DNA of 64,000 nucleotides, taken from NCBI GenBank assembly GCA_963795855.1, contig CAWCIZ010000006.1, positions 32,001 to 96,000 of the forward strand. Direction: 5' to 3'. Each line of letters starts with the position of its first letter. Position 1 is the first letter of the stretch. A model generated the notes under the pieces. That model saw only the letters and a list, made by a program, of their open reading frames with translations. It searched no databases and had not been told where the DNA came from. The translations under genes and the position numbers were made by a program. This document shows, piece by piece, positions 41,737 to 52,265 of this stretch. Origin of the DNA: Vulcanimicrobiota bacterium. GTDB lineage: Bacteria; Vulcanimicrobiota; Vulcanimicrobiia; Vulcanimicrobiales; Vulcanimicrobiaceae.

Positions 41737-43422
41737 CTAAACCGCCAAACGCCGCTCTTGCGTTTGCTCCAGCAGCGCGCGCGCGTGCTGCAGCGCCGCA
41801 TCGTGGGCCTCGCCCGATAGCATCCGAGCAAGTTCCGCCGTGCGCTGCTCGCTCGTGGAAATCTCTCGTACTTCGATCGCGGCGGCGCTCTTGGTCTCGC
41901 GTTTCTCGAGCACGTAATGCGCGTCCGCCCAGGATGCGATTTGGGCCAGGTGCGTGACGCAGACGACCTGTCCGCCGCGCGCGAGCCGTCCCAGTCGCAT
42001 CCCGACCGCCGCCGCAGTAGCGCCGCCCACGCCCGCGTCGATTTCGTCAAAGACGAGCGCGGTGCGGCCGCGCGATCCGGCCAGCACGACGATGAGCGCG
42101 AGCATCACGCGTGACAGTTCGCCGCCCGACGCAACCCGCGCGAGCGGACGCTGCACCTCGCCCTTGTTTGCAGCAAACACGAACTCGATGCTCTCGACGC
42201 CGTTCGGCCCAAGCTGCTGCAGCGACTCGAAATGCACCGCGAAGCGGCCCGAGGGAAGTGCGAGGTCCTTCAACTCCGCCTCGATCGCTTTGCTTAGGCG
42301 CTCCGCCGCAACGTGACGCAAGCGTGAAAGTTCCGCGGCGGACGTTTCCAGCTGCGCCGTTACGTCGCGCAGGCTGCGCTCGATTCGCGCGCGCCGCTCG
42401 TCTTTATTTGCGAACGCATCGATCGTCGAACGAAACTCCGCAGCCGAAGAGAGCACCGCCTGGATCGTTCCGCCGTATTTTCGTTTCAGCGTGTCGAGCG
42501 CGTCCAATCGCGAGTTGATCGCCTCCAATTCGGCGGCGTCGAACTCGACCTCGTCCAATGCGCGCGCGATTCGCAGCGCGAGATCGTTCGCTTCGCTTTG
42601 AAGCGCCTTCGAGGACTGCGTCATCTGCGCAAAGTCCTCGCCCAACTCGGCGATATGCGCTAGCGCCGAAGCGGCGCCGCCAAGCGCGTCGGACGCGGAC
42701 CCTTCTTCGCCTGCGAGTGCGTCGTGCGCTGCCTGCAACGTGCTCGCGATCTTTTCGGCGTTGTCCAGAATGCGGCGCCGCTGCGTGAGCTTTTCGTCTT
42801 CTTCCGGTTGCGGCGCCGTTGCGTCGATTTCTTCGACCGCGTACGCCGCGAACGCGTAGTGTTCTTGCGCTCGCCGCTCATCGCGGTCGAGCGACGCTAG
42901 GGCGCGCGAGTGTTCTTCGCGCTGCGCATAAAGATGCGCGACGGCGTCGCGCGCGGAAAGCACCGGCTCGCCGCCGTAACGGTCGAGCAATTCGACGTGG
43001 TAAGCCGGCGAGAGCAGGCGCTGCGCTTCGTGCTGTCCGACGATGTCGACGAGTTGAGCCGCGAGTTCGCGCACGTATCCGGCGGTCGATGGTCGTCCGT
43101 TTACGCGAATTGCCGATTTACCGGCGGAGGAAATTTCACGCGAAATCGTCGCGTCTTCGTCCGCCTCGATTTCGAACCCGTCGGCTGCGAGGCGTTCGCG
43201 CAGCGGCGCGTCGGCTTCGAATTCCAGACTCACGACGGCGCGCGGGCGTCCGCGGCGCACCGCGTCGGCGCTCGCGCGTTCTCCAAGAACGAACGCGATT
43301 GCGCCCAGCACCATGGTTTTTCCCGATCCGGTTTCGCCGGTGAACATGCTCGCGCCGTCCGCGAAAAAGACTTCCGCCTTCGGAATCAGGCCGTAATCTT
43401 CAATCGTCAGCCGCCGAAGCAT
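41737..43422 (-). CDS. recN: DNA repair protein RecN
   Basis: TGETGSGKT, IVGQHE, ASGGELSR, LVFDEIDAGVGG, VTHLAQIA, ELARMLSG. Confidence 0.96.
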   Translation of the reverse strand: MLRRLTIEDYGLIPKAEVFFADGASMFTGETGSGKTMVLGAIAFVLGERASADAVRRGRPRAVVSLEFEADAPLRERLAADGFEIEADEDATISREISSAGKSAIRVNGRPSTAGYVRELAAQLVDIVGQHEAQRLLSPAYHVELLDRYGGEPVLSARDAVAHLYAQREEHSRALASLDRDERRAQEHYAFAAYAVEEIDATAPQPEEDEKLTQRRRILDNAEKIASTLQAAHDALAGEEGSASDALGGAASALAHIAELGEDFAQMTQSSKALQSEANDLALRIARALDEVEFDAAELEAINSRLDALDTLKRKYGGTIQAVLSSAAEFRSTIDAFANKDERRARIERSLRDVTAQLETSAAELSRLRHVAAERLSKAIEAELKDLALPSGRFAVHFESLQQLGPNGVESIEFVFAANKGEVQRPLARVASGGELSRVMLALIVVLAGSRGRTALVFDEIDAGVGGATAAAVGMRLGRLARGGQVVCVTHLAQIASWADAHYVLEKRETKSAAAIEVREISTSEQRTAELARMLSGEAHDAALQHARALLEQTQERRLAV

Positions 43423-43435
43423 GCTCGTGCGCGAT

Positions 43436-44278
43436 CTAGCGGCGACGCCGGTCCTTGATGGATACACCCCACTGCAGCTTCTCCTCCAGCCGTTCAAAAA
43501 ACCGCAGCCGGTCGATGCGCGCGAACCGCACCATGCGCGGGTGACGTTCAATCACGACCGACGCGCCGGGCGCAAGATCGCTGACGACGTCGCCGTCGCA
43601 TTCCAAGTTCGCGTGCACGAGTTCGGAATCGCAGCTAATCGTTATGCAGGAACTTGAGGGGACGATCAGCGGGCGCGAGAAGAGCGTGTGCGGGAGCAGC
43701 GGAACGATGCCGAACGCATCGACTTGCGGCGAAATGATGGAGCCGCCGGCGGACAAGAAATATGCCGTCGATCCCGTAGGCGTTGCGACGCAAATGCCGT
43801 CGGCGGGAATGTGCGCGGCTTCTTCATCGTTGAGGCACAGACCGAACGGAACGATGCGCGAGACGCCGCCCTTGCGAACCACGACGTCGTTCAGTGCGAA
43901 GAATCGCCGGCCTTCGTATTGCGCGCTCAGCGCGATGCGTTCTTCGATGATGAGGCCGCGTTCCAGCAGCGCGGGCAGCTCGTCGATCGCTTCGTCGTCC
44001 TCGTCGAACTCGGTCAGAAATCCCAACCGGCCGGTGTTGATGCCGATGATCGGCACGCCGCCGTCGACGGCGATACGGGCCGCGCGCAGCAGCGTACCAT
44101 CACCGCCGATCGTTAGGAGCAGCGCCGCGTCGTCCAGCGTGCCGCCGGCGGCCACCGGAGTAATCTGGTAGCCCGCTTGCCGGAACCCGGCACCCACGCG
44201 CTCGGCAAGCGCCCGCGCATTATCCCGGTTTCCATCGACGAACAGCGCCACGACCCGTTTCTTCAACGTAACGGTCAC
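43436..44278 (-). CDS. nadK: NAD+ kinase
   Basis: GGDGTLL, GRLGFL, ALND, TPTGSTAY. Confidence 0.95.
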   Translation of the reverse strand: MTVTLKKRVVALFVDGNRDNARALAERVGAGFRQAGYQITPVAAGGTLDDAALLLTIGGDGTLLRAARIAVDGGVPIIGINTGRLGFLTEFDEDDEAIDELPALLERGLIIEERIALSAQYEGRRFFALNDVVVRKGGVSRIVPFGLCLNDEEAAHIPADGICVATPTGSTAYFLSAGGSIISPQVDAFGIVPLLPHTLFSRPLIVPSSSCITISCDSELVHANLECDGDVVSDLAPGASVVIERHPRMVRFARIDRLRFFERLEEKLQWGVSIKDRRRR

Positions 44279-45060
44279 AGCGTAGAACCTTCGGCGGCGA
44301 GCGCTTCAATCTTCGCGTCGGCAACCCGGTCGCCGGCGTGCCGCAAATGCATCAGAAACTCCCGGTTGCCCGCGGGGCCGAGCAGCGGCGATGCGACGAC
44401 GTCGACCGCGATCAGTCCGAGCGCTCCGGCCGCGTCGCGAACCTCTCGCAAAATCGCGCGCGTGCACCTGCCGGATCGCGCACGACGCCGCCGCTTCCGA
44501 GCCGCTCGCGGCCCGCCTCGAACTGCGGCTTGACGAGCGCGACGATTTCGCCGCCCGGACGCACGAAAACCGCCGCCCGCGCGAGTATCGTTCGAAGCGA
44601 AATAAACGACGCGTCGATGACGATGAGATCGAACGGTTCGAACGCGTCGTCCGGCAGATGCCGAAAATTCGTGCGCTCCATGACGGTTACGCGCGGATCG
44701 TTGCGCAGGCGCCAATCGAGCTGGCCGTATCCCACGTCGATCGCAACGACATGCGCCGCGCCATGTTGCAGCAGGCAATCGGTGAAGCCGCCGGTCGAAG
44801 CGCCGACGTCGAGCGCGCGCATGCCGCGACGGATCGATGCGGAACGCGTGCAGCGCGTGCTCCAACTTTTCGCCGCCGCGGCTAACGAAGCGGCGCGGCC
44901 GTTCGATTTCTATATCCGCCCCGAGCGCAACGTTCGCGCCGGCTTTCGTCGCGGGAACGCCGTTCACGCGCACCCGCCCCTCCATGATCAGGCTGCGCGC
45001 TTGCGAACGCGTGACGTTTTCGCGGGCGGCGACGAGCGTATCGAGGCGCCGAGCCGTCAG
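44275..45060 (-). CDS. tlyA: TlyA-family rRNA methyltransferase (two apparent frameshifts near 44828 and 44465)
   Basis: S4 domain RRLD...[50 protein letters not shown]. Confidence 0.92.
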   Translation of the reverse strand: MTARRLDTLVAARENVTRSQARSLIMEGRVRVNGVPATKAGANVALGADIEIERPRRFVSRGGEKLEHALHAFRIDPSRHARARRRRFDRRLHRLPAATWRGACRCDRRGIRPARLAPAQRSARNRHGAHEFSASAGRRVRTVRSHRHRRVVYFASNDTRAGGGFRASGRRNRRARQAAVRGGPRAARKRRRRARSGRCTRAILREVRDAAGALGLIAVDVVASPLLGPAGNREFLMHLRHAGDRVADAKIEALAAEGSTL

Positions 45061-45291
45061 AACGGAATCTCGTCGTCCGCCACGGGCGCTGCGCCGCTCT
45101 GCTCCATGGCGCGGTCGATCTGCTCCTGGGCGCCTTTCAGAAGCGTTTCGCATTCGCCTGAAAGCGCTTTGCCTTCTTTGAAAAGCTGCACCGCGCGATC
45201 GAGACTCGACGTTGCCGTTCTCGAGTTCTTTGACGATCGCTTCGAGCCGCGCAATTTTCTGCTCGAAGGCACCCGGTGTTTGATCGGCCAT
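45057..45291 (-). CDS. xseB: Exodeoxyribonuclease VII small subunit (apparent frameshift near 45205)
   Basis: FEQKIARLEAIVKELENG / SLDRAVQLFKEG...C...L..AQEQI. Confidence 0.88.
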
Positions 45292-45359
45292 CGGCCGGTG
45301 TTTCGGGGGACTCCGGTCGAATCCGCCGAAGGCCCGCGGTCCGAAAAGGAGGACCGGCA

Positions 45360-45737
45360 ATGCAGACAACCGCGATTCGCGTGGGCGGCATTGACGCCAC
45401 CTACTACACAGTGGCCGACTTGACCGGATGCTCGGCGTTCTACAGCAAAGTCTTGGGACAAGAACCGACCGTGCAGCAACCCGATTTCTTCACGGAGTGG
45501 ACGTTCGACGACGGCTCGTCGTTCGGGCTCTACAAGTCCGAACAGAAACCGGCGTCGCGAAGCGGCAGCGCGATGTTCCGCGTTGCAGACGTCGCCCAAG
45601 CCGCGGAGCATCTCAAGGAACTCGGCGCGCTCGTGTCACACGGGGACGACGCGGTCGGCGATTTTCCGACCTGCTTCATGGCTTTCGGGAACGATCCCGA
45701 AGGCAATCAGTTCATCATTCATAAGCGCAAAGAATAG
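45360..45737 (+). CDS. VOC/glyoxalase-family protein
   Basis: VADL...FYSKVLG, FRVADV, DPEGNQFII; AAGGAGG RBS. Confidence 0.88.
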   Translation: MQTTAIRVGGIDATYYTVADLTGCSAFYSKVLGQEPTVQQPDFFTEWTFDDGSSFGLYKSEQKPASRSGSAMFRVADVAQAAEHLKELGALVSHGDDAVGDFPTCFMAFGNDPEGNQFIIHKRKE

Positions 45738-45745
45738 GCGCGGGA

Positions 45746-47111
45746 CTACTCGACCTCCGTCCGCTCGACGCGCGCCGCAAGCTTTCCGTGCTGCAGCTGC
45801 GCTTCTATGAGCGCGCCGGAAGGAACGTCGGAGGCATTGCGCACGGCGCGTCCGTTCAGCGTGACGATGGCGTACCCTCGCGCTAAGAGTTTGTGCGGAT
45901 TCAAGCCTTCCAAACGCATGTCGCAACGTGAAACGATCTCCCGATGCGAACGCAGCACGGCGGCTTGCAGTCCGCACAGCCGTTCGGAGAGACGGCGCGC
46001 ACGTTCGACGCGCGGCGCGCCGTAGTAGCGGGCCGCGGCTTCCAAACGCGATCGCAACGCACTTATACGTTGCGCGCGCTGCACGAGCCGGCTTTGCGGC
46101 GTTTGCGCATTGAGCCGGCGTTCGAACGCGTGCAGCGAACGCTCGCGCTCGCGGATCGAATCGCGCACGAGGCTCGCCAAACGCGAAGTTGCCAGGTCGA
46201 ACGCCTGCGACTGCGCCGTAAGAAGCGAACGCGCGGCCTGCTGCATGCGATGCTGCGCGCGCTGCACCCGCTGCAAAAACCGATCGCGGATCTCGCCGAA
46301 GTACTGCGCGGCATTCGAGGGCGTTTCGCAAGCATGATCTGCGACGTAGTCGCTCAAGTGCACGTCACCGGTATGTCCGACCGCCGAGAGGACCGGACGC
46401 TTGGCGCGCACGATCGCGCGTACGACCGGTTCGAGATTGAATGGAAAGAGATCTTCGTACGAGCCGCCGCCGCGCGTGAGGACGATCGCGTCGACGTCGA
46501 GTTTTGACGCTTTGTCTATCGCTTCGGCGATGTCCATCTGCGCGCCGTCGCCCTGCATGCGCGTTTCGACGAACCGTACGTCGATGAACGGCGCACGGCG
46601 CGCTATCGTGGTGAGAAAGTCGTCGGCGCCTTTTCCGCGCGCCGAAACGAGCGCGATTCGGCGAGGGAACGCCGGCATCGGCCGCTTGCGCGACTCCTCG
46701 AACAGCCCTTCCCTGCGGAACTGCTCTTTGAGTGCTTCGAACTGCGCGTACAGTGCGCCGATTCCGGTGAGTTCGACCTTCTTGACGAAGAGTTGGTACT
46801 GGCTGCGCTGCGCGTACGTGCCGTATTCGCCGCCGCAAATGATTTCGTCGCCGTCTTTGAACGGCGGCAACTTCGCGCGCATCGCTCGCCCACACGACGC
46901 ATTTGAGCACGTCGCGGTTCTCTTTGAGTTCGAAGTACAGATGGCCGTTTTTCGTGCTGAGCCCCGTGACTTCGCCCCGCACGCGGATCCCCGCGAGCGT
47001 CTTGTTCTGCGAGACGATGCGCCGAATGTAATCGACGACGCGGCTGACGCCTTGCACGCTTTCGACTGCGGGCGTTTGCGATCGCTGAGAAAACAGCGAG
47101 TCTTGAAACAT
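45746..47111 (-). CDS. xseA: Exodeoxyribonuclease VII large subunit (apparent frameshift near 46880)
   Basis: VRGEV...GHLYFELK / EGLFEESRKRPMP, RGGGSYEDL, SAVGHTGD, LARGYAIV. Confidence 0.93.
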
Positions 47112-47119
47112 CGGCGGCG

Positions 47120-49255
47120 TTAGCGCCTGGGCGGCGCGCTGGACTGCGGCGACGGCGAATCGAGCGGGACGTAGTTCTGCCCGTCGCCGACCGTATCGGG
47201 CGGCTGCGTCGTCGTAATCGGCGGCGCACTGGGCTCCGGTGAAAACGTCGGCGCGGGCGGCATGCTCGCGGAATCGTTGCTCATGCCGACGGGCTGGCCG
47301 AATGCGTTCAGCTGTTTTGGCGTTTGCGGCCGCCCGCAGGGCGTCGTCGGCTCCGTGCCGCTCAAATAATATTCGTACGGCCCGTATCCGCCGCCGCAGC
47401 TCGCGATTTTCTTGACTTCTTCACCCGGAAAGACGAAGTCGTGTTTGGCGACCTTCTCGAGCGCGCCTTTCATGAAGCGGGCCCAGATGCGCGCCGGAAT
47501 ATTGCCGCCGTAGGACTCGTTCATCGGTTTGTAATCGTCGTTGCCGATCCACACTGCCGTCACGAGATCGGGCGTGAAGCCCACGAACCAAGCATCGCGA
47601 AAATCGGACGTCGTGCCGGTTTTGCCGGCGGCCGGGCGGCCGATGATTGCGTTGGGATATCCCGTGCCGTGGTTGATGACGTCTTCCATCATCGTCGTCA
47701 TGACGTATGCGGTCCCGGCGCTGACCACTTCGGTTTCCTCGGGATATTGATTATCGAGAACCGTATTGCCCAGCGAGTCTTTGACGACGCGGAGCGGTGA
47801 CGGCGCGATATGCACGCCTTGATTCGCGAGCGTAGCGTATCCGGTCGCTTGATCGAGCGGCGTAATGACCGACGTGCCGAGCGCCAAAGAGAGGTTCGAC
47901 TCGAGGTTGGACTGCACGCCCATCCGGTGCGCGTATTGAATGACGCGGTCGACGCCGAGCATTTCGAGCAGTTTGACCGCGACGATGTTGCGGCTCTGCG
48001 CGAGGGCAACGCGCAGCGTAACCGGGCCCATATACGAGTGGTCGTCGTCCTGCGGCGACCACGTCGTGCCGTCGCCCATCGGGTAACTGACCGGCGAGTC
48101 GTCGATGATCGTGGTCGCCGGCATGCCGTTGTCGATTGCCGCGGTGTACACGTAGACTTTGAAGGACGAACCGGGTTGCCGGTGCGCTTGCCAGGCGCGA
48201 TTGAACTGATTCTCGAGCGAAAAGTGCGTGCCGCCGATCATTGCGAGAATTTCGCCGGTGGAGGGCCGGATGGCCACCAGCGCCGCTTGATCCGCGCCGA
48301 TACCCTCGAGTTTGCCCTCGTTGATGCCCCAGTCCACGGCTTGCTGCGCCAGCTTTTCCATGCGTGCGTCGACGGTCGTGTACACTTGCAAACCGCCTTC
48401 GTACGTCGCCTGTTTTCCGAACGTATGCTCGAGCTGCGAGACCGCATACGTCGTGAACCACGGCGCACGGAACCCTTGCAATCCGGCCGGCCGCTCACCG
48501 ACGAGTTCGAGCGGCGCTTGTTCCGCCTCGTCGGCCTGGCCTGCCGAGATGTAGCCGCTCTCGACCATGCGGTCGAGCACGTGCGCTTGGCGTTGTTTCG
48601 CCAGCTCCAAATTCACGTACGGCGAGTAATCCGACGGCGCGGCGACCAACCCGGCGAGCATCGCCGACTGTCCCAGCGTCAGTTTGTCGACGCTTCGCCC
48701 GAAATACGTGTGCGCGGCCGCGTCGACGCCGTAAGCGCCCGAGCCGAGGTAAATCAAGTTCAGGTACCGTTCGAGAATCTCGTCCTTGGTGTAGTACCGC
48801 TCGATTTCGATTGCGAGCAGCGCCTCTTGAACCTTGCGCGAAATCGTTTGCTGATCGGTCAGGAAGAGCCCGCGTGCGAGCTGTTGCGTGATCGTGGACG
48901 CGCCTTGCTCGATGTGATGGTGCGTAAGATCGGAGAATCCCGCGCGGATGATGCCGCCGAAATCGACGCCGTGATGGTGGTAGAAATTGTGATCCTCGTT
49001 CGCGATGAACGCATCGCGCACCGGCGGCGGAATCTTGTCGATCGGAACCCAGATGCGGTTCTCTTTATAGAGCGTGGCCAGCAGGGAGCCGTCCCGCGCG
49101 TAAATTCGCGTGGATCGCGCCGGCTGATAATCGGCCATTCGGCTGATGTCCGGAAGATTGCGCGAATAGGCGCTCACGATGCCGGCGACCGCGCCGGCCG
49201 CGAAAAGCACGACCAGCGCGAGCGTCACCGCCGCGATACGCAGAATTCTACGCAT
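47120..49255 (-). CDS. Class A penicillin-binding protein (PBP1A family)
   Basis: EDHNFYHHHGVD, GASTITQQL, RKVQE; SSFK, SRN and KTG transpeptidase motifs. Confidence 0.95.
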   Translation of the reverse strand: MRRILRIAAVTLALVVLFAAGAVAGIVSAYSRNLPDISRMADYQPARSTRIYARDGSLLATLYKENRIWVPIDKIPPPVRDAFIANEDHNFYHHHGVDFGGIIRAGFSDLTHHHIEQGASTITQQLARGLFLTDQQTISRKVQEALLAIEIERYYTKDEILERYLNLIYLGSGAYGVDAAAHTYFGRSVDKLTLGQSAMLAGLVAAPSDYSPYVNLELAKQRQAHVLDRMVESGYISAGQADEAEQAPLELVGERPAGLQGFRAPWFTTYAVSQLEHTFGKQATYEGGLQVYTTVDARMEKLAQQAVDWGINEGKLEGIGADQAALVAIRPSTGEILAMIGGTHFSLENQFNRAWQAHRQPGSSFKVYVYTAAIDNGMPATTIIDDSPVSYPMGDGTTWSPQDDDHSYMGPVTLRVALAQSRNIVAVKLLEMLGVDRVIQYAHRMGVQSNLESNLSLALGTSVITPLDQATGYATLANQGVHIAPSPLRVVKDSLGNTVLDNQYPEETEVVSAGTAYVMTTMMEDVINHGTGYPNAIIGRPAAGKTGTTSDFRDAWFVGFTPDLVTAVWIGNDDYKPMNESYGGNIPARIWARFMKGALEKVAKHDFVFPGEEVKKIASCGGGYGPYEYYLSGTEPTTPCGRPQTPKQLNAFGQPVGMSNDSASMPPAPTFSPEPSAPPITTTQPPDTVGDGQNYVPLDSPSPQSSAPPRR

Positions 49256-49654
49256 GTCCGTTGCCGCGCGTTAGTGCGGAAAGCACGCCGTTGACGAACC
49301 GGCCCGAATCCTCGGTCGAGAAGCGCTTTGCCAATTCGACCGCTTCGTTGATGATTACCGGGCGCGGCGTCTCCGGGCGATGCTGCAATTCGAAAGCCGC
49401 CATACGAAGGAGCAAACGGTCTATGGTCGGCAAACGTTCGATGGTCCAGCCCTCCAGAAGCGGCACGATCCGCTCGTCGCTTTCCCCGGCATGTTCGAGC
49501 GTACCGAGCACCAAATCTTTCACGAAGAGCCGCTGCGCGCTTTCGCTGAACGTGGAAAGATACTCGTCGAGGACTTCGGCGGCATCGCGGTGCCCGATCT
49601 CTACGGAGAACAGAGTTGCAGCGCGAGCTCGCGCGCCATACGGCGGGAAGGCAC
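49248..49654 (-). CDS. nusB: Transcription antitermination factor NusB (apparent frameshift near 49615)
   Basis: SRRMARELALQ / WTIERLPTIDRLLLR, INEAVELAKRFS, FVNGVL. Confidence 0.92.
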
Positions 49655-49665
49655 GAAAAGGACTC

Positions 49666-51018
49666 CTAGACCGAAACTTCGGCTTGCATGAGGCTGGGCA
49701 GAAAGTCGATCGAATAGCGGCCGGAGCGGAACGGCGCGGCCGCGAGAATCTCCAAGCACTGCTCGATCGTGGTATTAACGCCTTCGATCACCGTCTCCCG
49801 AAGCGCGCGCTCCATGCGCGCTATAGCCGCCTCGCGCGTTTCACCGGCAGCGACGATTTTCGCGATCATCGAATCGTAGAACGGCGGCACCATCGCGCCG
49901 GAGTACACGTGCGTATCGACGCGAATGCCGGGTCCGCCCGGAAAGACGACGTACGTCAGCGTGCCGGCGGCGGGCGCAAAATTGTTGCGCGGATCTTCTG
50001 CGTTGATGCGGCACTCGATTGCGTGCCCGGACGCCTTCAAGTCGGCTTGCGTATAGCCGAGCTGCTCGCCGGCTGCGACCCGAATCTGCTCTTTGACCAA
50101 GTCGATGTTGTACACCATCTCGGTTACCGGATGCTCGACTTGGATGCGCGTGTTCATCTCCATGAAAAACACCCGATCGCCGCTTACCAAGAACTCGAGC
50201 GTGCCGGCGTTGCTGTAGTTCACGGCTTTGGCGGCGCGCACCGCCATGTCGTGGAGTGCGTTTCGCGTCTTTGCGGAAAGGTTCGGAGCGGGCGATTCCT
50301 CGATGAGTTTTTGATGCGACGGCTTCTGCACCGAGCAATCGCGTTCGCCCAAGTGCACGACGTTGCCGAAGCTGTCGCCGAGGATTTGCACCTCGATGTG
50401 CCGCGGCTTGACGATTAGTTTTTCCATGTAGAGACGGCCGTCTTTGAACCCCGCCTCCGCTTCGGCCGTCGCGGACGCGTACGCCCGCTCCAGATCGTCC
50501 GGACCGTTCACGACGCGCATGCCCTTGCCGCCGCCGCCGGCGGTGGCTTTGAGCAAAACGGGATAGCCGACGCCCTCGGCGGCTTTGCGCGCCTCCGCGA
50601 CCGATGCGAGAATGTCGGTGCCGGGCGTCGTTGCGACGCCCGCTTCTTTCATGACGCGTTTCGCAGTCGCCTTATCGCCCATTGCCGCGATGACTTCCGG
50701 TTTTGGGCCGATGAACGTGAGCCCGTGGTCCGCGCAAATCTCGGCGAAACGCGCGTTTTCAGCCAAAAATCCGTATCCCGGATGCAGGGCGTCGCACCCG
50801 GTGATGAGCGCGGTGGAGATGATGTTGGGAATGTTGAGATACGAACGTGGGACCGGGCCCGGTCCCACGCAAAACGCTTCATCGGCGTGACGAACGTGCA
50901 GCGAGTTGCGGTCGGGCTCGGAAAAGATTGCGACCGTTTGCACGCCGAGTTCGCGGCACGCGCGATTGATGCGCAGCGCGATCTCTCCGCGGTTCGCGAT
51001 CAAAACTTTCTTAAACAC
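49666..51018 (-). CDS. accC: Acetyl-CoA carboxylase biotin carboxylase subunit
   Basis: KVLIANRGEIA, HPGYGFLAEN, GGGGKGMR, FMEMNTRIQVEH, YDSMIAK; GTG start at 51018. Confidence 0.96.
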   Translation of the reverse strand: MFKKVLIANRGEIALRINRACRELGVQTVAIFSEPDRNSLHVRHADEAFCVGPGPVPRSYLNIPNIISTALITGCDALHPGYGFLAENARFAEICADHGLTFIGPKPEVIAAMGDKATAKRVMKEAGVATTPGTDILASVAEARKAAEGVGYPVLLKATAGGGGKGMRVVNGPDDLERAYASATAEAEAGFKDGRLYMEKLIVKPRHIEVQILGDSFGNVVHLGERDCSVQKPSHQKLIEESPAPNLSAKTRNALHDMAVRAAKAVNYSNAGTLEFLVSGDRVFFMEMNTRIQVEHPVTEMVYNIDLVKEQIRVAAGEQLGYTQADLKASGHAIECRINAEDPRNNFAPAAGTLTYVVFPGGPGIRVDTHVYSGAMVPPFYDSMIAKIVAAGETREAAIARMERALRETVIEGVNTTIEQCLEILAAAPFRSGRYSIDFLPSLMQAEVSV

Positions 51019-51893
51019 TAGGCCCTGTCGATCTCGAACAGAACTTGTCCGTACTCGACCGGCTGGCCGTCGCGGCACCGCACCGAAACGATGCGGCCGC
51101 CGCCGAGCGATCGCACCGGATTGCGAATACCGAGCGCGTCCACGAAAGCCAGTTCGCGATCGCCGTCGAGGACTTCACCCTCGCCGACAGCCGGACGGCT
51201 TAGGCGGAAAATCCCGACCAGGTCCGCTTTGATGGGATGCAGGTTCAGCGATACGGCGGCGGGAGCTGCACGCGCAGGCTCCTGCGGAACCGGAACCGCC
51301 GCGCGGCGCCGAAACTCCACGGCGTCCTCGTGCTCGTCCTCAATCCGCAAGCGGACCAAATCGGTTTCGAGAAAAGCGCGCGCCAGCGCGCGCACGCGAT
51401 TCACAAGGGCCGTCGAGAGCTGCCCGGCCGGCTGTTCATCCTCGGACATGAGCGCTACCGTTTCGCCGGGGGGCAGGGCCGCCACTGCCGAGGCAAAGCG
51501 CGGGTCGATTTCTGCTAACGGCACGAGCGCGAACGCGCGCTGATACAGGCGGGGATGCGGAATATGCAATTCCGGTTCGATGACCGTTTCGTCGTCGTAC
51601 GTCAGGATATCCAGGTCGATCACGCGCGGACCCCATCGCTCGCCCGGGACCCGGCCGAACTTACGTTCGATGGCTTTGAGTTCCCGCAAAAGCTCGTGCG
51701 GAGCGAGCTTCGTTTCTATTAGCGCGACGGCGTTGCAGAAATCCGGCTGGGCCGGATTGCCCCACGGCTTGCTCGCGTACAAATGCGACCGCGCGACCAG
51801 CGTGCCGAGGGCGTCGAGCTCGTCGAATGCGCGGCGAACCTCGCGCGGCGGATCGCCGAGATTGGAGCCGATGCCGATGGCCGCGCGCGCCAA
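51018..51893 (-). CDS. folK: FolK (HPPK) in frame with a BCCP-like domain lacking the biotinyl lysine
   Basis: IGIGSNLG, WGPRVIDLDIL, IPHPRLYQRAF; then IKADLVGIF...VDALGIRNPV...DGQPVEYGQVLFEI. Confidence 0.88.
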   Translation of the reverse strand: MARAAIGIGSNLGDPPREVRRAFDELDALGTLVARSHLYASKPWGNPAQPDFCNAVALIETKLAPHELLRELKAIERKFGRVPGERWGPRVIDLDILTYDDETVIEPELHIPHPRLYQRAFALVPLAEIDPRFASAVAALPPGETVALMSEDEQPAGQLSTALVNRVRALARAFLETDLVRLRIEDEHEDAVEFRRRAAVPVPQEPARAAPAAVSLNLHPIKADLVGIFRLSRPAVGEGEVLDGDRELAFVDALGIRNPVRSLGGGRIVSVRCRDGQPVEYGQVLFEIDRA

Positions 51894-52265
51894 TTACGGA
51901 AACGTCTTGCGGTAACGCGGATTCTCGCGGCGCAAACGGACCGACGGCGTCGCGCCGTCCAGCAACCGGGGTTTTGCGATCGCTACTTCCGCCCGCGCGA
52001 CGCGCGCATCCCGAAAAATGTCGCGCAGCACTTCAGCCGCCAAGCGTTCGAGCAGTGCGTACGACGTCGACTGCACGATGCCGATGATGCGCTGATGCAG
52101 CGCTGCGTAATCCAAAGTCTCGCCCAGATCGTCGCTCGACGACGGGGCGGTGAGATCTATTTCGACGAGAACATCCACGTCGAACGGCTGCTCGGCGTCG
52201 CGCTCGCCCGCATTTGCGCCGTGCCGGCCCTGCGCGCGCAGGCCGCTGAGCGCAATCACGTCCAT
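51894..52265 (-). CDS. folB: Dihydroneopterin aldolase
   Basis: HGANAGERDAEQPFDVD, DDLGETLDY, LLERLA, IAKP. Confidence 0.93.
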   Translation of the reverse strand: MDVIALSGLRAQGRHGANAGERDAEQPFDVDVLVEIDLTAPSSSDDLGETLDYAALHQRIIGIVQSTSYALLERLAAEVLRDIFRDARVARAEVAIAKPRLLDGATPSVRLRRENPRYRKTFP

